The notes under the pieces: model-generated
What the model was told of the DNA's origin: nothing
The model's database searches: none
The model's input: only the letters and a program-made list of their open reading frames with translations
Origin: Thermoanaerobaculia bacterium
GTDB lineage: Bacteria > Acidobacteriota > Thermoanaerobaculia > Gp7-AA8
Direction of reading: 5' to 3'
NCBI GenBank assembly: GCA_046261635.1
Contig: JBHEOL010000172.1
Coordinates: forward strand, 1-44,850
DNA length: 44,850 bases
Program-made: the position numbers and the translations under genes
In this document: in pieces, positions 34,363 to 44,199 of the stretch
Numbering within the stretch: position 1 is the stretch's first letter
Layout of the letters: each line of letters opens with the position of its first letter

Positions 34363-36081
34363 GTGAAAAGCAGTAGAATCTCGATCGGATTGGTTCCGAA
34401 AACCCTCGTCTGCCTGCGTGAAGGCTACAGCTGGCCCGCGTTCGGTCGCGACGCGATGGCGGGGCTGGTCGTCGGAATCGTCGCCATCCCCCTCGCTCTG
34501 GCCTTCGCCATCGCCTCCGGAGTTCCTCCTGAAAGAGGACTTTACACGGCCATCGTCGCGGGATTCATCATTTCGCTCCTCGGCGGAAGCCGGGTTCAGA
34601 TCGGCGGGCCGACGGGCGCTTTCGTCATCATCATCGCGGGGATCGTCGGGAAACACGGGATCGACGGTCTGGCGATCTGCACCATGCTCGCGGGCGGGAT
34701 CTTTCTCATCCTCGGGCTCGCGCGGATGGGGAATCTGATCAAATTCGTCCCCTATCCCGTGACGACGGGTTTCACGGCGGGGATTGCCGTGGTGATCTTC
34801 TCGTCCCAGATCCGCGATCTGCTGGGGCTTCAGATGAACGCGATCCCTCCGGATTTCTTCGAAAAGTGGACGGCGATCTTCGGCGCGATCGGCACGGTTC
34901 ACTGGCCGACCGTGGGCATCGCAGCGACGACGCTGGCGATCCTCGTCGGCTGGCACCGCGTGTCGAGACTGATTCCCGCGCCGTTCGTCGCGATGGTGGC
35001 CGCGACCGCGGCGGTTGCGCTGCTCGATCTTCCCGTGGAGACCGTCGGATCGAGATTCCACGCGATCCCCGCGATGCTTCCGATGCCCTCGCTGCCGGCG
35101 ATTCCATCGAACGGGATCGCCGAGCTCGTGTCGCCGGCGATCTCGATTGCGCTGCTCGCGGCGATCGAATCGTTGCTCTCCGCGGTCGTCGCCGACACGA
35201 TGATCGGAACCCGTCACGACTCGAACCAGGAGCTCGTCGCCCAGGGAATCGCCAATATCGCCTCGCCTCTTTTCGGGGGGATTCCCGCAACGGGAGCGAT
35301 CGCCAGGACGGCGACGAACGTGAGAACAGGCGGGCGGACGCCTTTCGCGGGGATGATTCACGCGATCACGATTTTGCTGGTTCTCATTCTCTTCGGCAGG
35401 TACGCCCTCATGGTGCCGCTCGCCGCCCTCGCCGCGATTCTGGTGATCGTGGCCTACCATATGAGTGAGTGGCGCTCGTTCCGCTCCCTTCTGAGCGCGC
35501 CTCGCAGCGACGTGGCTGTACTTCTGCTCACCTTCATGCTCACGGTCGTGGTCGATCTGACCGTGGCCGTGCAGGTCGGAGTCGTCGCCGCGGCGCTCCT
35601 GTTCATGAAGCGGATGTCGGAGCTCACCGACGTCTCGGGGATCACGGGAAACGTCGTTGAGAACGAGGATGGCGATGTGACGTTTTCGAGAGGGCGGGCC
35701 GTGACCATCGATCGCGAGCCGATCCCGCCCGGAATCGAGATTTACGAAGTCCAGGGACCGTTCTTTTTCGGAGCCGCGGACAAGCTTCGCGAGGTCGTCG
35801 GCGGAATCGCGAAGCCTGCGAGGGTCGTCATCCTGCGGATGCGCCACGTGCCCGCGATCGACGCGACCGGGATGCACGCCCTCGAGCAGGTTCTCGACCG
35901 CTGCCGCGCCAGCGGCGGAGAGATGATCCTGGCGGAAGTCAGACCGGGCCCGCTGAGGACTCTGCTCGTCGCCGGAAAGCTCGAGAAGTTCGGGCGGCGG
36001 AACATCGCGCAGAGCATGACGAGCGCGATGCGCCGGGCCCGGAACATCGTAGGGGAGCGGCGCGAAGTGCTCGCTCCTTAG
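34363..36081 (+). CDS. SulP-family anion transporter with C-terminal STAS domain
   Basis: SulP N-terminus (GRDAMAGLVVGIVAIPLALAFAIASG). ~11 TM segments. STAS domain (IYEVQGPFFFGAADKL...AIDATGMHAL). Start uncertain: GTG 34363 or TTG 34390. Confidence 0.85.
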   Translation: MKSSRISIGLVPKTLVCLREGYSWPAFGRDAMAGLVVGIVAIPLALAFAIASGVPPERGLYTAIVAGFIISLLGGSRVQIGGPTGAFVIIIAGIVGKHGIDGLAICTMLAGGIFLILGLARMGNLIKFVPYPVTTGFTAGIAVVIFSSQIRDLLGLQMNAIPPDFFEKWTAIFGAIGTVHWPTVGIAATTLAILVGWHRVSRLIPAPFVAMVAATAAVALLDLPVETVGSRFHAIPAMLPMPSLPAIPSNGIAELVSPAISIALLAAIESLLSAVVADTMIGTRHDSNQELVAQGIANIASPLFGGIPATGAIARTATNVRTGGRTPFAGMIHAITILLVLILFGRYALMVPLAALAAILVIVAYHMSEWRSFRSLLSAPRSDVAVLLLTFMLTVVVDLTVAVQVGVVAAALLFMKRMSELTDVSGITGNVVENEDGDVTFSRGRAVTIDREPIPPGIEIYEVQGPFFFGAADKLREVVGGIAKPARVVILRMRHVPAIDATGMHALEQVLDRCRASGGEMILAEVRPGPLRTLLVAGKLEKFGRRNIAQSMTSAMRRARNIVGERREVLAP

Positions 36082-36087
36082 CGGAAC

Positions 36088-36882
36088 TCAGCGGGGAAAG
36101 CTCGCGATCCGTTGCGCGACTTCTCGCTGGAACTTCCGCGTGGATCGATCCACCTTCTTGACGTAATCGCGCGTCTCCCGATAGGGCGGAACCCCACCGT
36201 AGACCCGAACCGTCCCCGGACCTGCGTTGTACGCAGCCAGCACCATGACCGGATCGTCGAACTGCTTCTGGAGATGTTTCAGGTAACGCGTGCCGGCGCG
36301 AATGTTCTGCACCGGATCCATCATGTCCGTGGTTCCCATCAGAGCCGCCGTGCTCGGGAGAAGCTGCATCAGACCGTGGGCGTTCTTGTTCGAGATCAGG
36401 CGGGGACGAAAGTCCGATTCCGTCTTCACGACCGCGGCGACCAGCTCTGGCGCCAGACCCTGGCTCCGGGCCTCGCGGTAAATGATCTCGCCGTACGGAA
36501 CCTCCGATCGGAAGAACTCCTCGCGCACCTTCTCGATCATCAACGGATTCGGCAAGGCCAGCGACCTCCCGAAAGTCGTCATGTCCAGATCCTGAAGGAA
36601 TGGGATCGCGCTGTTGACCCGATACCTCTCGGCCTGAAGGGCGGTGGCAGCCATGATGACCGCCTCGTCAGCGTCGGTTTTTTCCGAAAATGCGAGATCG
36701 AATGCATCGAGAGGATAGACCGCGCCGAACGCGGCCAGGGTCAGCCCGAGCAGAAGGTAGCGCCGCATGCGCACGCGGGCCCGTTTGAGCCTTCCGTGGG
36801 TCTGGCAGCTGCAGATCTGGCGGAAGTTCTCCGCGGTGACTCCAGCCGCGCGCTTTCGTTCTCGAGTACTGGCTTCGTTCAT
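36088..36882 (-). CDS. Lytic transglycosylase (SLT domain)
   Basis: ESDFRP...HGLMQLLPSTA...AAYNAGPG motifs. GGAG SD before ATG 36882. An alternative start at ATG 36768 would give a plain signal peptide. Confidence 0.8.
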   Translation of the reverse strand: MNEASTRERKRAAGVTAENFRQICSCQTHGRLKRARVRMRRYLLLGLTLAAFGAVYPLDAFDLAFSEKTDADEAVIMAATALQAERYRVNSAIPFLQDLDMTTFGRSLALPNPLMIEKVREEFFRSEVPYGEIIYREARSQGLAPELVAAVVKTESDFRPRLISNKNAHGLMQLLPSTAALMGTTDMMDPVQNIRAGTRYLKHLQKQFDDPVMVLAAYNAGPGTVRVYGGVPPYRETRDYVKKVDRSTRKFQREVAQRIASFPR

Positions 36883-37160
36883 AACGTCTCCGGAGGGCTC
36901 GTGCGCAAAATCCGAACCAGGAGGCCCGTCATTTACGGATCAGTTGAAGCATCAAGAAGATACGGAAAGAGACGGGCGCACAACACGCTTTAAATAACTC
37001 TTTCCGGAGGATGCCCTGCCACCCGCGCCCGACCGCGATCCATCGCTGCGGCACCAGCACCGAGCGGCGCTCTTGTGAGGAGAGCCCAAGGGGTCCGATC
37101 GTTCAGCAATCATTCGAGGATGTAAATTCCCCGGCTCGGCCCAAACAGCCCAGCCTCCCG

Positions 37161-37811
37161 TCAACGCGCCCCCGGAGGGGCTTCGTCCAAGGTGGTGCGA
37201 GGGACGTTCATTGCATCACTGATACTCAGTTCACAGAAAAGACGGAGGAGCCGCCGCCCCTCGTCGTCCGCCTGCTCCCAGGATCGACAGAGCCGCTGAA
37301 GATCGTCACGGTCCTCGTTGATGGCGACGGTGAAGCCGGAATCGGGCTGTTCGGGCAGCCAGGCTCTCCTCTTTTTCCAGACGCCGTCCTCGAACGAATA
37401 GCAGATGAACTGGGCGTCGCGAGGGCGAAGAGTGTCGTCGAGATCGGGTGAGGCCGGATCGAGGTGCCGCTTGACCAGAAGGGCCGTGACCGAGGCGCTC
37501 AGAGCCCGGCGCAGAGCATCAGCCCCGAGGGTCCCTCCAGAGGTGAACAGGACTCCGCTGCGGAACTGATCTTCCGCGATCCGCTCGGTTCGGACGATCT
37601 GTGCCGCGAGCTCGATCGATTCACTGAACCAGGAGAAGTGAAGGGGTGCCTCGGTTCCGATCTCGAGGGGGGCGGAATGCTCGACTCTGGCGCCTGAAAC
37701 GCCGATCTCGAGGATGTGCGCGGAGCGGGCGGCGAAGGAGGCGTCCACGGGCGAATCGAGGAGCAGCCGTTGAAACTCCCGACGCTCCGCCCTGCGGCCG
37801 GTCCCGGTCAA
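37161..37811 (-). CDS. PilZ-like protein with a conserved uncharacterised C-terminal domain (paralog B)
   Basis: REFQR (RxxxR) plus EIGVSG. Shares its C-terminal domain with ORF 33336..34013. 4-nt overlap with the upstream PAS-GGDEF-EAL gene. Confidence 0.6.
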   Translation of the reverse strand: MTGTGRRAERREFQRLLLDSPVDASFAARSAHILEIGVSGARVEHSAPLEIGTEAPLHFSWFSESIELAAQIVRTERIAEDQFRSGVLFTSGGTLGADALRRALSASVTALLVKRHLDPASPDLDDTLRPRDAQFICYSFEDGVWKKRRAWLPEQPDSGFTVAINEDRDDLQRLCRSWEQADDEGRRLLRLFCELSISDAMNVPRTTLDEAPPGAR

Positions 37812-39583
37812 TGATCCACCGTGAAGGCCTTCCCCGCGGCGAGGGCCGGCATCGGAGGCCCGAACAGAAATCCCTGCATCTGATCGCAGCGATGTTCCTT
37901 CAGGAACTCGTACTGGGAGGGCGACTCGACCGATTTCCCGATGATCCCGAGATCGAGCGCCCTCGCCGCGGCGATGATGGACGAGAGGATTGCAGCCTCG
38001 CGCTGCTTGAAGCCGTCGCTGAGCGAGCGCGAATCGATCTTGACCAGGTCGATGGGATAGCGCTGGAGATCACGAAATGCCGCCGTTCCGCCGCCGAAGT
38101 CGTCGATGATGAGATGGACGCCGAGACCCTTGAGCCGGGAGAGGATTTTCTTCGCCTGGGCGGGATCGCGCGAGGCGATCGCCTCGGTTACTTCCAGTCC
38201 AAGCAGCGACGGATCGAGAGAGCAGTCCGACAGCGCGCGCTCGACGATGGCCGGAAGATCGTCGGCATCGAACTGGCGGGCCGAAAGATTGACGGTGATC
38301 CGCATGGGGGAACCGTCGCCGGCCCAGGTTTGGGCCTGCCGGCAGGCCGACCGCAGCACCCATTCCCCGATCGGGAGCATCAGCCTCGAATCCTCGGCCA
38401 CGGCGAGGAAGTCGGCCGGGCTCACCACCCCTCGGGAAGGGTCGTTCCAGCGGATGAGAGCCTCCATCTCGACCGGCCTCCGGGAGGCGGCCGAGATGAT
38501 CGGCTGGTAGTAAACGACGAACTCCTCGCGCTCGAACGCCCTGCGGAGGTTGCTTTCGAGAGTGACCCGCTCGAGAAACAGCGAGTTGCTTTCCGGGGTG
38601 CAGAAGCTGTAGCCGTTACGCCCCGAGTTCTTGGCCCGGTACATTGCGCTGTCGGCGTTCTTCATCAATGTGTCGGGATCCTCGCCATCGCGCGGAAAGA
38701 GGGCGATGCCCATGCTCGCGCTGATGTAGAGTTGATGCTCCTCGAAGGCGAAGCGATGGGCGAGCTCGTCGAGGATCTTCCTGGCGATTCGCGCCGGATC
38801 ATCCTCGTGGGCGATCTCCGAGAGCAGCACCGCGAACTCGTCGCCGCCGAGGCGGCCGACCGTATCGGAGGTCCGAGTCGACTCCTGCAGGCGCGAGGCG
38901 ACGGCGTCGAGAAGCTGGTCGCCGACGGCGTGGCCCAGCGTGTCGTTGATGCGCTTGAAATGATCGAGGTCGATGTAGAGGACGGCGACGAGCCGCTTGA
39001 ATCGTCGCGCGTGCGCCAGGGCGATCGTCAGCCGGTCCTGGAACAGCGTCCGGTTTGGAAGCCCGGTCAACTCATCGTGATAGGCGAGATAGGCGATGTG
39101 GTCTTCGACGCGCTTTCTTTCGGTCACGTCGCGCGCGTAGCTGACGATTTCCCGCGTCGCCTCCGTCGTGTCGCACGACGAGCTCATCTCCACCCACCTG
39201 GTGCGGCCGTCCCGGGTGATCGCCCGGTAGCTGAAAGCCCACGGAAACCGATCGCGGCAGACGCTGGCCAGATACTCCCGGATCGCAGCGTGGTCCTCAG
39301 TGTCGGTGAACTCGAAGATCGCGCGCCCCATGAGCTCTTCCCGCTGGTAGCCGAGCAGGGGGAACGCGGCACTGGACACGTAGAGAAACTCCCCCGCCTC
39401 GCTCATCCGGGTGATCAGGTCGGGAGAGGTTTCGACGATGTCGCGAAACTTCTGCATGTTGTCGGCGGACGCGCGTCCACCGCGTCGCCGGCGATCGGCA
39501 CGGTAACCGAGCATCAGCGCCCCGGCAAGCAGAAGCGCCGCTGCAGAGCCCCACACAACGAGGGCTTCAAAGGGAATCGTCAT
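37808..39583 (-). CDS. Membrane-anchored PAS-GGDEF-EAL c-di-GMP turnover protein
   Basis: One N-terminal TM segment. PAS domain. GGDEF with an RxxD I-site (RTSD-TVGRL-GGDEF). EAL domain (EALIRW, LEVTE, DDFGGG), but GKSVE where EGVE is expected. Confidence 0.9.
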   Translation of the reverse strand: MTIPFEALVVWGSAAALLLAGALMLGYRADRRRRGGRASADNMQKFRDIVETSPDLITRMSEAGEFLYVSSAAFPLLGYQREELMGRAIFEFTDTEDHAAIREYLASVCRDRFPWAFSYRAITRDGRTRWVEMSSSCDTTEATREIVSYARDVTERKRVEDHIAYLAYHDELTGLPNRTLFQDRLTIALAHARRFKRLVAVLYIDLDHFKRINDTLGHAVGDQLLDAVASRLQESTRTSDTVGRLGGDEFAVLLSEIAHEDDPARIARKILDELAHRFAFEEHQLYISASMGIALFPRDGEDPDTLMKNADSAMYRAKNSGRNGYSFCTPESNSLFLERVTLESNLRRAFEREEFVVYYQPIISAASRRPVEMEALIRWNDPSRGVVSPADFLAVAEDSRLMLPIGEWVLRSACRQAQTWAGDGSPMRITVNLSARQFDADDLPAIVERALSDCSLDPSLLGLEVTEAIASRDPAQAKKILSRLKGLGVHLIIDDFGGGTAAFRDLQRYPIDLVKIDSRSLSDGFKQREAAILSSIIAAARALDLGIIGKSVESPSQYEFLKEHRCDQMQGFLFGPPMPALAAGKAFTVDH

Positions 39584-39797
39584 CAGTTAACGCACCACCC
39601 GTTCGCGTGACCGGCTCAACGTGCATTTCGGTTACTCCGCCTCGATCTCGGGGACCCCGGCACGCACACGCACGTTCACCCCGCGAGGGGCTCCACTGGA
39701 TTGGTTGGCGGAATCAATGATACCTCGGTGCGAAGGATTGCAGACCCCTTGTTTGTGGCGCATCGACGCCAATTTTCACCCGACGTAACGAACCGGT

Positions 39798-41822
39798 TCA
39801 GGCGATCCCGCGCCAGGCTCGATGATGCGTCATGAAGCGGTCAAACGACTCGGCCGGCAAAGGACGGCTGAACAGGTACCCCTGGAGTTTGTCGCATTCA
39901 TTTGCCCGCAGAAACTCGAGCTGGCTCAGAGTCTCCACGCCTTCGGCCATGACCTGAAGACTCATGCTGTGGGCCATCGCGATCACGCCGGATACGATCT
40001 TCGCATCCTGCGGCGCGATCAGATCGCGTACGAACGACTGGTCGAGCTTGAGGGTGTCGACGGGAAATTGCTTGAGGTAGCTCAGCGAGGAATAGCCAGT
40101 TCCGAAGTCGTCGATCGCAACGCGGACTCCGAGCTCCTTCAACTCGTGCAGAGTCCGGATCGTTCGCTGGACGTCATGCATCGCACTCGTCTCGGTGATC
40201 TCGAGCTCGAGAAGGCGTGGAGGAAGCCTCGACTCTTCGAGAGCGAGGCGAATCGTATCGATCAGGTCGGGCTGCTGGAACTGGCGCGCGGAGAGGTTGA
40301 CCGACACGACGAGGTCGACTCCCTTCTGACGCTGCCAGAATCTCGCCTGCCTGCATGCTTCTCGTACGACCCACCCGCCGATCGGTACGATGAGACCGGA
40401 CACTTCCGCCGTGGGGATGAACTGGTCGGGAAGGATCGTCCCTTTTTCCGGATGGTTCCACCGCAGAAGAGCCTCGAGGCCGTAAATGCCGCCCGACTGG
40501 AGGTCGATCAGGGGCTGGTAGTAGAGCTCCAGCTCCTGATTGCGCATCGCGCGTCGCAGCCCGCTCTCGAGCTCGAGCAACTCGAGCGCTCGGGAGTTCA
40601 TCGACGCCGTGTAGAACTGGTAACCATCCCCACCATGATGCTTGGCCCTGTACATCGCCGTATCGGAGTTCTTCACCAGGGCCTCGGCGTCTGCCCCGTC
40701 GTTCGGAAAGATCGCGATTCCGAGCGAGGCGGTCACGAACACCTCCCTTGCACCCAGCGGGAAAGGAGATGCGAGGACGTCCAGAATCTTGCGGGCGACC
40801 TTTCCGGCGTGCTCGGCATGGGCGAGCGCGTGGATCAGAATCGCGAACTCGTCACCGCCCAGACGAGCCACGGTGTCCTCGTCGCGAACCGTCTGCCGGA
40901 TCCGATTCGCCGCCGTCTTGAGCAACTGGTCGCCCATCGTGTGTCCGAGAGAATCGTTGACCTGCTTGAACCGGTCGATGTCGAGGAAGAGAATCGCGAG
41001 CTTTCCCTGATGCCTGCTCGCATGGCTGATCGCGACGGCGAACCTGTCGAGAAACAGGGCTCGGTTCGGGAGCCCGGTGAGCGGATCGTGATAGGCGATG
41101 TGCTCGACCTGCGAGGCCGCCGTCAAGGCCGCCTGCCTCTCGTCCTCGAGAATGCTCATCCCCATCGCAACGGCCGCAGCCATCATCACCATCGAGTCGA
41201 TGCCCGTCGACGCCATCGGCCAGGGGAACGCAACTCCCGCCGAGATGGCAACAAGCCCCGAGACGAATCGCAGCAGGGCGGCGACTCCCGCCACGAGGAA
41301 CGGAATTGCGAGAAGCGCGTGCGTCGCATCCGAGTCACGGTGGCCGCGCAGCCTGTTTCCCGACCAGACCAGAGCGGCTCCAGTGAGCAGCGACTGGAGC
41401 TGGAGCGGAAGATCGATTCGATAGCGCGGCTCATCCGGAAGGATCAGAAGGAACAGCGCGAGGGCGAGCGAGCCCGCGGCGCAAGCGATCAGGAGCTTCC
41501 GGGCCCGCGCGAGCTCGAACCGTCTCCGGCTGGCGAGCTCCCACGCCCCCCAGCAGATCAGTGCCGCACTCGCCGCGCCGGCTCCTCCGAGAATCACGGA
41601 AATCAGGAACCGAAGAAGACCCGCTCCAGCAAATGCGGCTGGAAGAGAAGCGGCGACCGCAGCGGCGAGCCAGAACGCCGACATCGCGAGGAACGCACGC
41701 CCCCAGAGGAGAAGATCGTTCCTGGAGAATCGCCGATGGAGGAGGAAGATCGACAGCGCGAGAACGAGTGCGACGCAGCAGCGCGAGAGCAACGCAGCGA
41801 TGACGTTGAGCTCAACGCCCAT
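39798..41822 (-). CDS. Polytopic-membrane-sensor GGDEF-EAL protein
   Basis: ~7-8 N-terminal TM helices. GGDEF with I-site (RDED-TVARL-GGDEF). Canonical EAL motifs (EALLRW, LEITE, DDFGTG, AEGVET, QGYLF). Confidence 0.9.
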   Translation of the reverse strand: MGVELNVIAALLSRCCVALVLALSIFLLHRRFSRNDLLLWGRAFLAMSAFWLAAAVAASLPAAFAGAGLLRFLISVILGGAGAASAALICWGAWELASRRRFELARARKLLIACAAGSLALALFLLILPDEPRYRIDLPLQLQSLLTGAALVWSGNRLRGHRDSDATHALLAIPFLVAGVAALLRFVSGLVAISAGVAFPWPMASTGIDSMVMMAAAVAMGMSILEDERQAALTAASQVEHIAYHDPLTGLPNRALFLDRFAVAISHASRHQGKLAILFLDIDRFKQVNDSLGHTMGDQLLKTAANRIRQTVRDEDTVARLGGDEFAILIHALAHAEHAGKVARKILDVLASPFPLGAREVFVTASLGIAIFPNDGADAEALVKNSDTAMYRAKHHGGDGYQFYTASMNSRALELLELESGLRRAMRNQELELYYQPLIDLQSGGIYGLEALLRWNHPEKGTILPDQFIPTAEVSGLIVPIGGWVVREACRQARFWQRQKGVDLVVSVNLSARQFQQPDLIDTIRLALEESRLPPRLLELEITETSAMHDVQRTIRTLHELKELGVRVAIDDFGTGYSSLSYLKQFPVDTLKLDQSFVRDLIAPQDAKIVSGVIAMAHSMSLQVMAEGVETLSQLEFLRANECDKLQGYLFSRPLPAESFDRFMTHHRAWRGIA

Positions 41823-41962
41823 CGCGACCTCCCGCCCGGAAGGGTGGCCTCTTGCCGGCCAGACCCGCTGTGCCAGTCCGCATCAATCCCCGACCCCATC
41901 CCCCCGCGACTGGTTTGCGCACAATCCCCGCACGTTCCAGAAGGGAACGTCGCGCGTTCTGA

Positions 41963-41990
41963 ATTGTACCAATGAAAATGGATGATTGAA
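41963..41990 (-). promoter_or_regulatory. Candidate sigma-70 promoter in an AT-rich patch upstream of the membrane GGDEF-EAL gene
   Basis: The minus strand reads TTCAAT-16 nt-TACAAT within the only conspicuously AT-rich stretch of this intergenic region, ~135 nt upstream of ATG 41822. Confidence 0.25.
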
Positions 41991-42087
41991 ATGATTACTA
42001 TCCCGCCCTCGCAGCGCGGCCGTCAAAATCAGACATTGCGCCACCTGACCGAGCAGTCGAACAGCCGTGAGGGGAGATGCGCTGGGG

Positions 42088-42792
42088 TCAATCCGGATTC
42101 GTCGCCCAGACGGTCAGGTCGGTGATGAAACCGCGGTCGTCCATTTCCAGCATCGATGAGACCGCGTGCGCGATCTCGAGGGGACGAAGCTTTCGCTCGC
42201 TCGGCTTCCGCGCGCCTCCAGCCACCGAAAAGAACTCGGTCTGCACCTCGCTGGGGTTGACGAGCATGACCCTGATGTCGTGCTTGCGAAGCTCGGCGCG
42301 CCAGCATTCCGTCATTCCGCGAAGTGCGAACTTGCTGGCGACGTAGGCGGTGCCGCCGGCAAACCCGCGCTGGCCGGCGGTCGAGGCGACGTTGATGATG
42401 TTCCCGCGGACACCGTCCCTGATGAACGAGCGCGCGCATTGACGCGCCACGAGCATGGCTCCGCGTACGTTGGTAGCCCAGATCGAGTCCATGTCGGCCA
42501 CGTCGAGCGCGGTGAGCTCGCTGAAAGAGCCGAACCCGGCGTTGTTGACGAGGACGTTCAAACCGCCCAGCTGCTCGTGGGCCTCGGCTACGAGCCGTTC
42601 CACATCGGTTTCCAGGGAAACGTCGGCCTCGATCGGGATCGCGCCGGTATCCTCCGCTGCAGCCTCCAGCCGCTTTCCATCGCGGCCGCAGATCGCAACG
42701 GCGGCACCACGCGCCACGAGATCACGCGCGACCTCCAATCCGATTCCGGAGCTCCCACCCGTGACGAGCACGCGAGCCTGGTCGAGTTTCAC
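42088..42792 (-). CDS. Short-chain dehydrogenase/reductase (SDR)
   Basis: TGGSSGIG cofactor motif, NNAG, YxxxK (YVASK). Confidence 0.85.
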   Translation of the reverse strand: MKLDQARVLVTGGSSGIGLEVARDLVARGAAVAICGRDGKRLEAAAEDTGAIPIEADVSLETDVERLVAEAHEQLGGLNVLVNNAGFGSFSELTALDVADMDSIWATNVRGAMLVARQCARSFIRDGVRGNIINVASTAGQRGFAGGTAYVASKFALRGMTECWRAELRKHDIRVMLVNPSEVQTEFFSVAGGARKPSERKLRPLEIAHAVSSMLEMDDRGFITDLTVWATNPD

Positions 42793-42804
42793 CGTTCACT
42801 CCTT

Positions 42805-44139
42805 TCAGTGGTTGCGTTGCCCCAGATAGTCGACTGCGAGATTCGAGAGGGTTCGGACACCGAGGAGCAGGCCCGATTCGTCGACCAGGAAAAGAGGCGA
42901 ATGGTTCGAGGGCGCATCGGCCTGATTGATGCCTGGCGGCCGCGTCCCGACCCAGATGAAGAGTCCCGGTATCTCCTGCTGGAAGAACGAGAAATCCTCG
43001 GCTCCCAGGCTCGCCGATCCGCTGAGCACGCGGTCGTCCCCCGCCATGCGCCGAAGCGTCGGCAGCATTTGCTCGGCCAACTCGGGATTGTTCCATGTGA
43101 CGGGATACCCGCGCGTGATTTTCACATCGGCGACCGCTCCCGAGCTTTCCGCGACCTTCTCGGCGGTGCGCCGGACCCGTTCGTGAATCTCGGTCCGCAT
43201 TCCGGCATCGAGCGACCGGATCGTTCCCAGCATCTCCACCTCGTCGGGGATGATGTTGTTCCGCACTCCACCGTGGATACGGCCGATCGTGACGATCGAC
43301 GGAGCGATGGTCGAGTCCAACTGCCGGCTCGGAATCGTTTGGAGCGCGAGAACGATCTGTGAAGAAACGACGATCGGGTCGACGCCGAGCCAGGGATACG
43401 CCCCGTGCGTCTGCCGGCCCCGGACCACGATCTCGAGGGTGTCGACTGCCGCCATCGCACCCTCCTTGCGATAGCCGATCGTCCCGACTTCATAACGCGA
43501 TCCGATGTGCAGCCCGAAGATCGCCGACGGCGCGGGATCCCGGAGAACCCCTTCTTTCACCATCAGTTCGGCTCCACCCTCCTCGCCCTCGGGAGCCCCT
43601 TCTTCCGCCGGCTGGAAGATGAAGACGACCGTGCCCGGGATTACCTCCCGGATGCTCGCGAGGACCTGGGCGACTCCCATCAGGATCGCCACGTGCCCGT
43701 CGTGCCCGCACGCGTGCATCACGCCGACCTGTTCGCCGTTGTACTCCGCCCTCACCTTCGAGGCGAAGGGAACATCCGCTTCCTCAGTCACAGGGAGCGC
43801 ATCCATGTCCGCGCGAAGCGCGACGACGTCCCCTGGAAGGCCTCCACGAAGAATCCCGACGACCCCGGTGTGCGCGATTCCGGTTCGAACCTCGAGGCCG
43901 AGGGCCCGGAGATGGTCCGCGACCAGCCCGGCGGTGCGCACTTCCCGATTGCCGAGCTCCGGATTCTCATGAATGTCGCGGCGCCATTCGATCACCTTCT
44001 GCTCGATCCCTCGCGCCCGCTCTTCGATCTGCTCCGCGACGGAGCTTCTGCTCCGAGATTCGATCATCGTTTCCTCTCCTGAAACCTGGGTGCCAGCCCC
44101 GAGCAACAACGTCGCCACAACCGCTTCCATCAGTCGCAC
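42805..44139 (-). CDS. Secreted M20D-family amidohydrolase (aminoacylase/hippurate hydrolase-like)
   Basis: Signal peptide. MHACGHDGH motif. FQPAEEG. Overall M20D pattern. Confidence 0.85.
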   Translation of the reverse strand: MRLMEAVVATLLLGAGTQVSGEETMIESRSRSSVAEQIEERARGIEQKVIEWRRDIHENPELGNREVRTAGLVADHLRALGLEVRTGIAHTGVVGILRGGLPGDVVALRADMDALPVTEEADVPFASKVRAEYNGEQVGVMHACGHDGHVAILMGVAQVLASIREVIPGTVVFIFQPAEEGAPEGEEGGAELMVKEGVLRDPAPSAIFGLHIGSRYEVGTIGYRKEGAMAAVDTLEIVVRGRQTHGAYPWLGVDPIVVSSQIVLALQTIPSRQLDSTIAPSIVTIGRIHGGVRNNIIPDEVEMLGTIRSLDAGMRTEIHERVRRTAEKVAESSGAVADVKITRGYPVTWNNPELAEQMLPTLRRMAGDDRVLSGSASLGAEDFSFFQQEIPGLFIWVGTRPPGINQADAPSNHSPLFLVDESGLLLGVRTLSNLAVDYLGQRNH

Positions 44140-44199
44140 AGGATCCCCCCTTCCGGGGCGCTCATGATACCCGCGGAGTTCGATCGATTCACAGGGCCG

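Noticed and set aside
36883-37160. ~280-nt non-coding gap between the lytic transglycosylase and PilZ-like paralog B, inspected for a small RNA, tRNA or riboswitch
   Set aside because: I saw no cloverleaf, no conserved riboswitch-like core and no terminator-flanked unit. The small ORFs there (36952..37164 on the minus strand, 36767..36997 on the plus strand) have no protein-like features.
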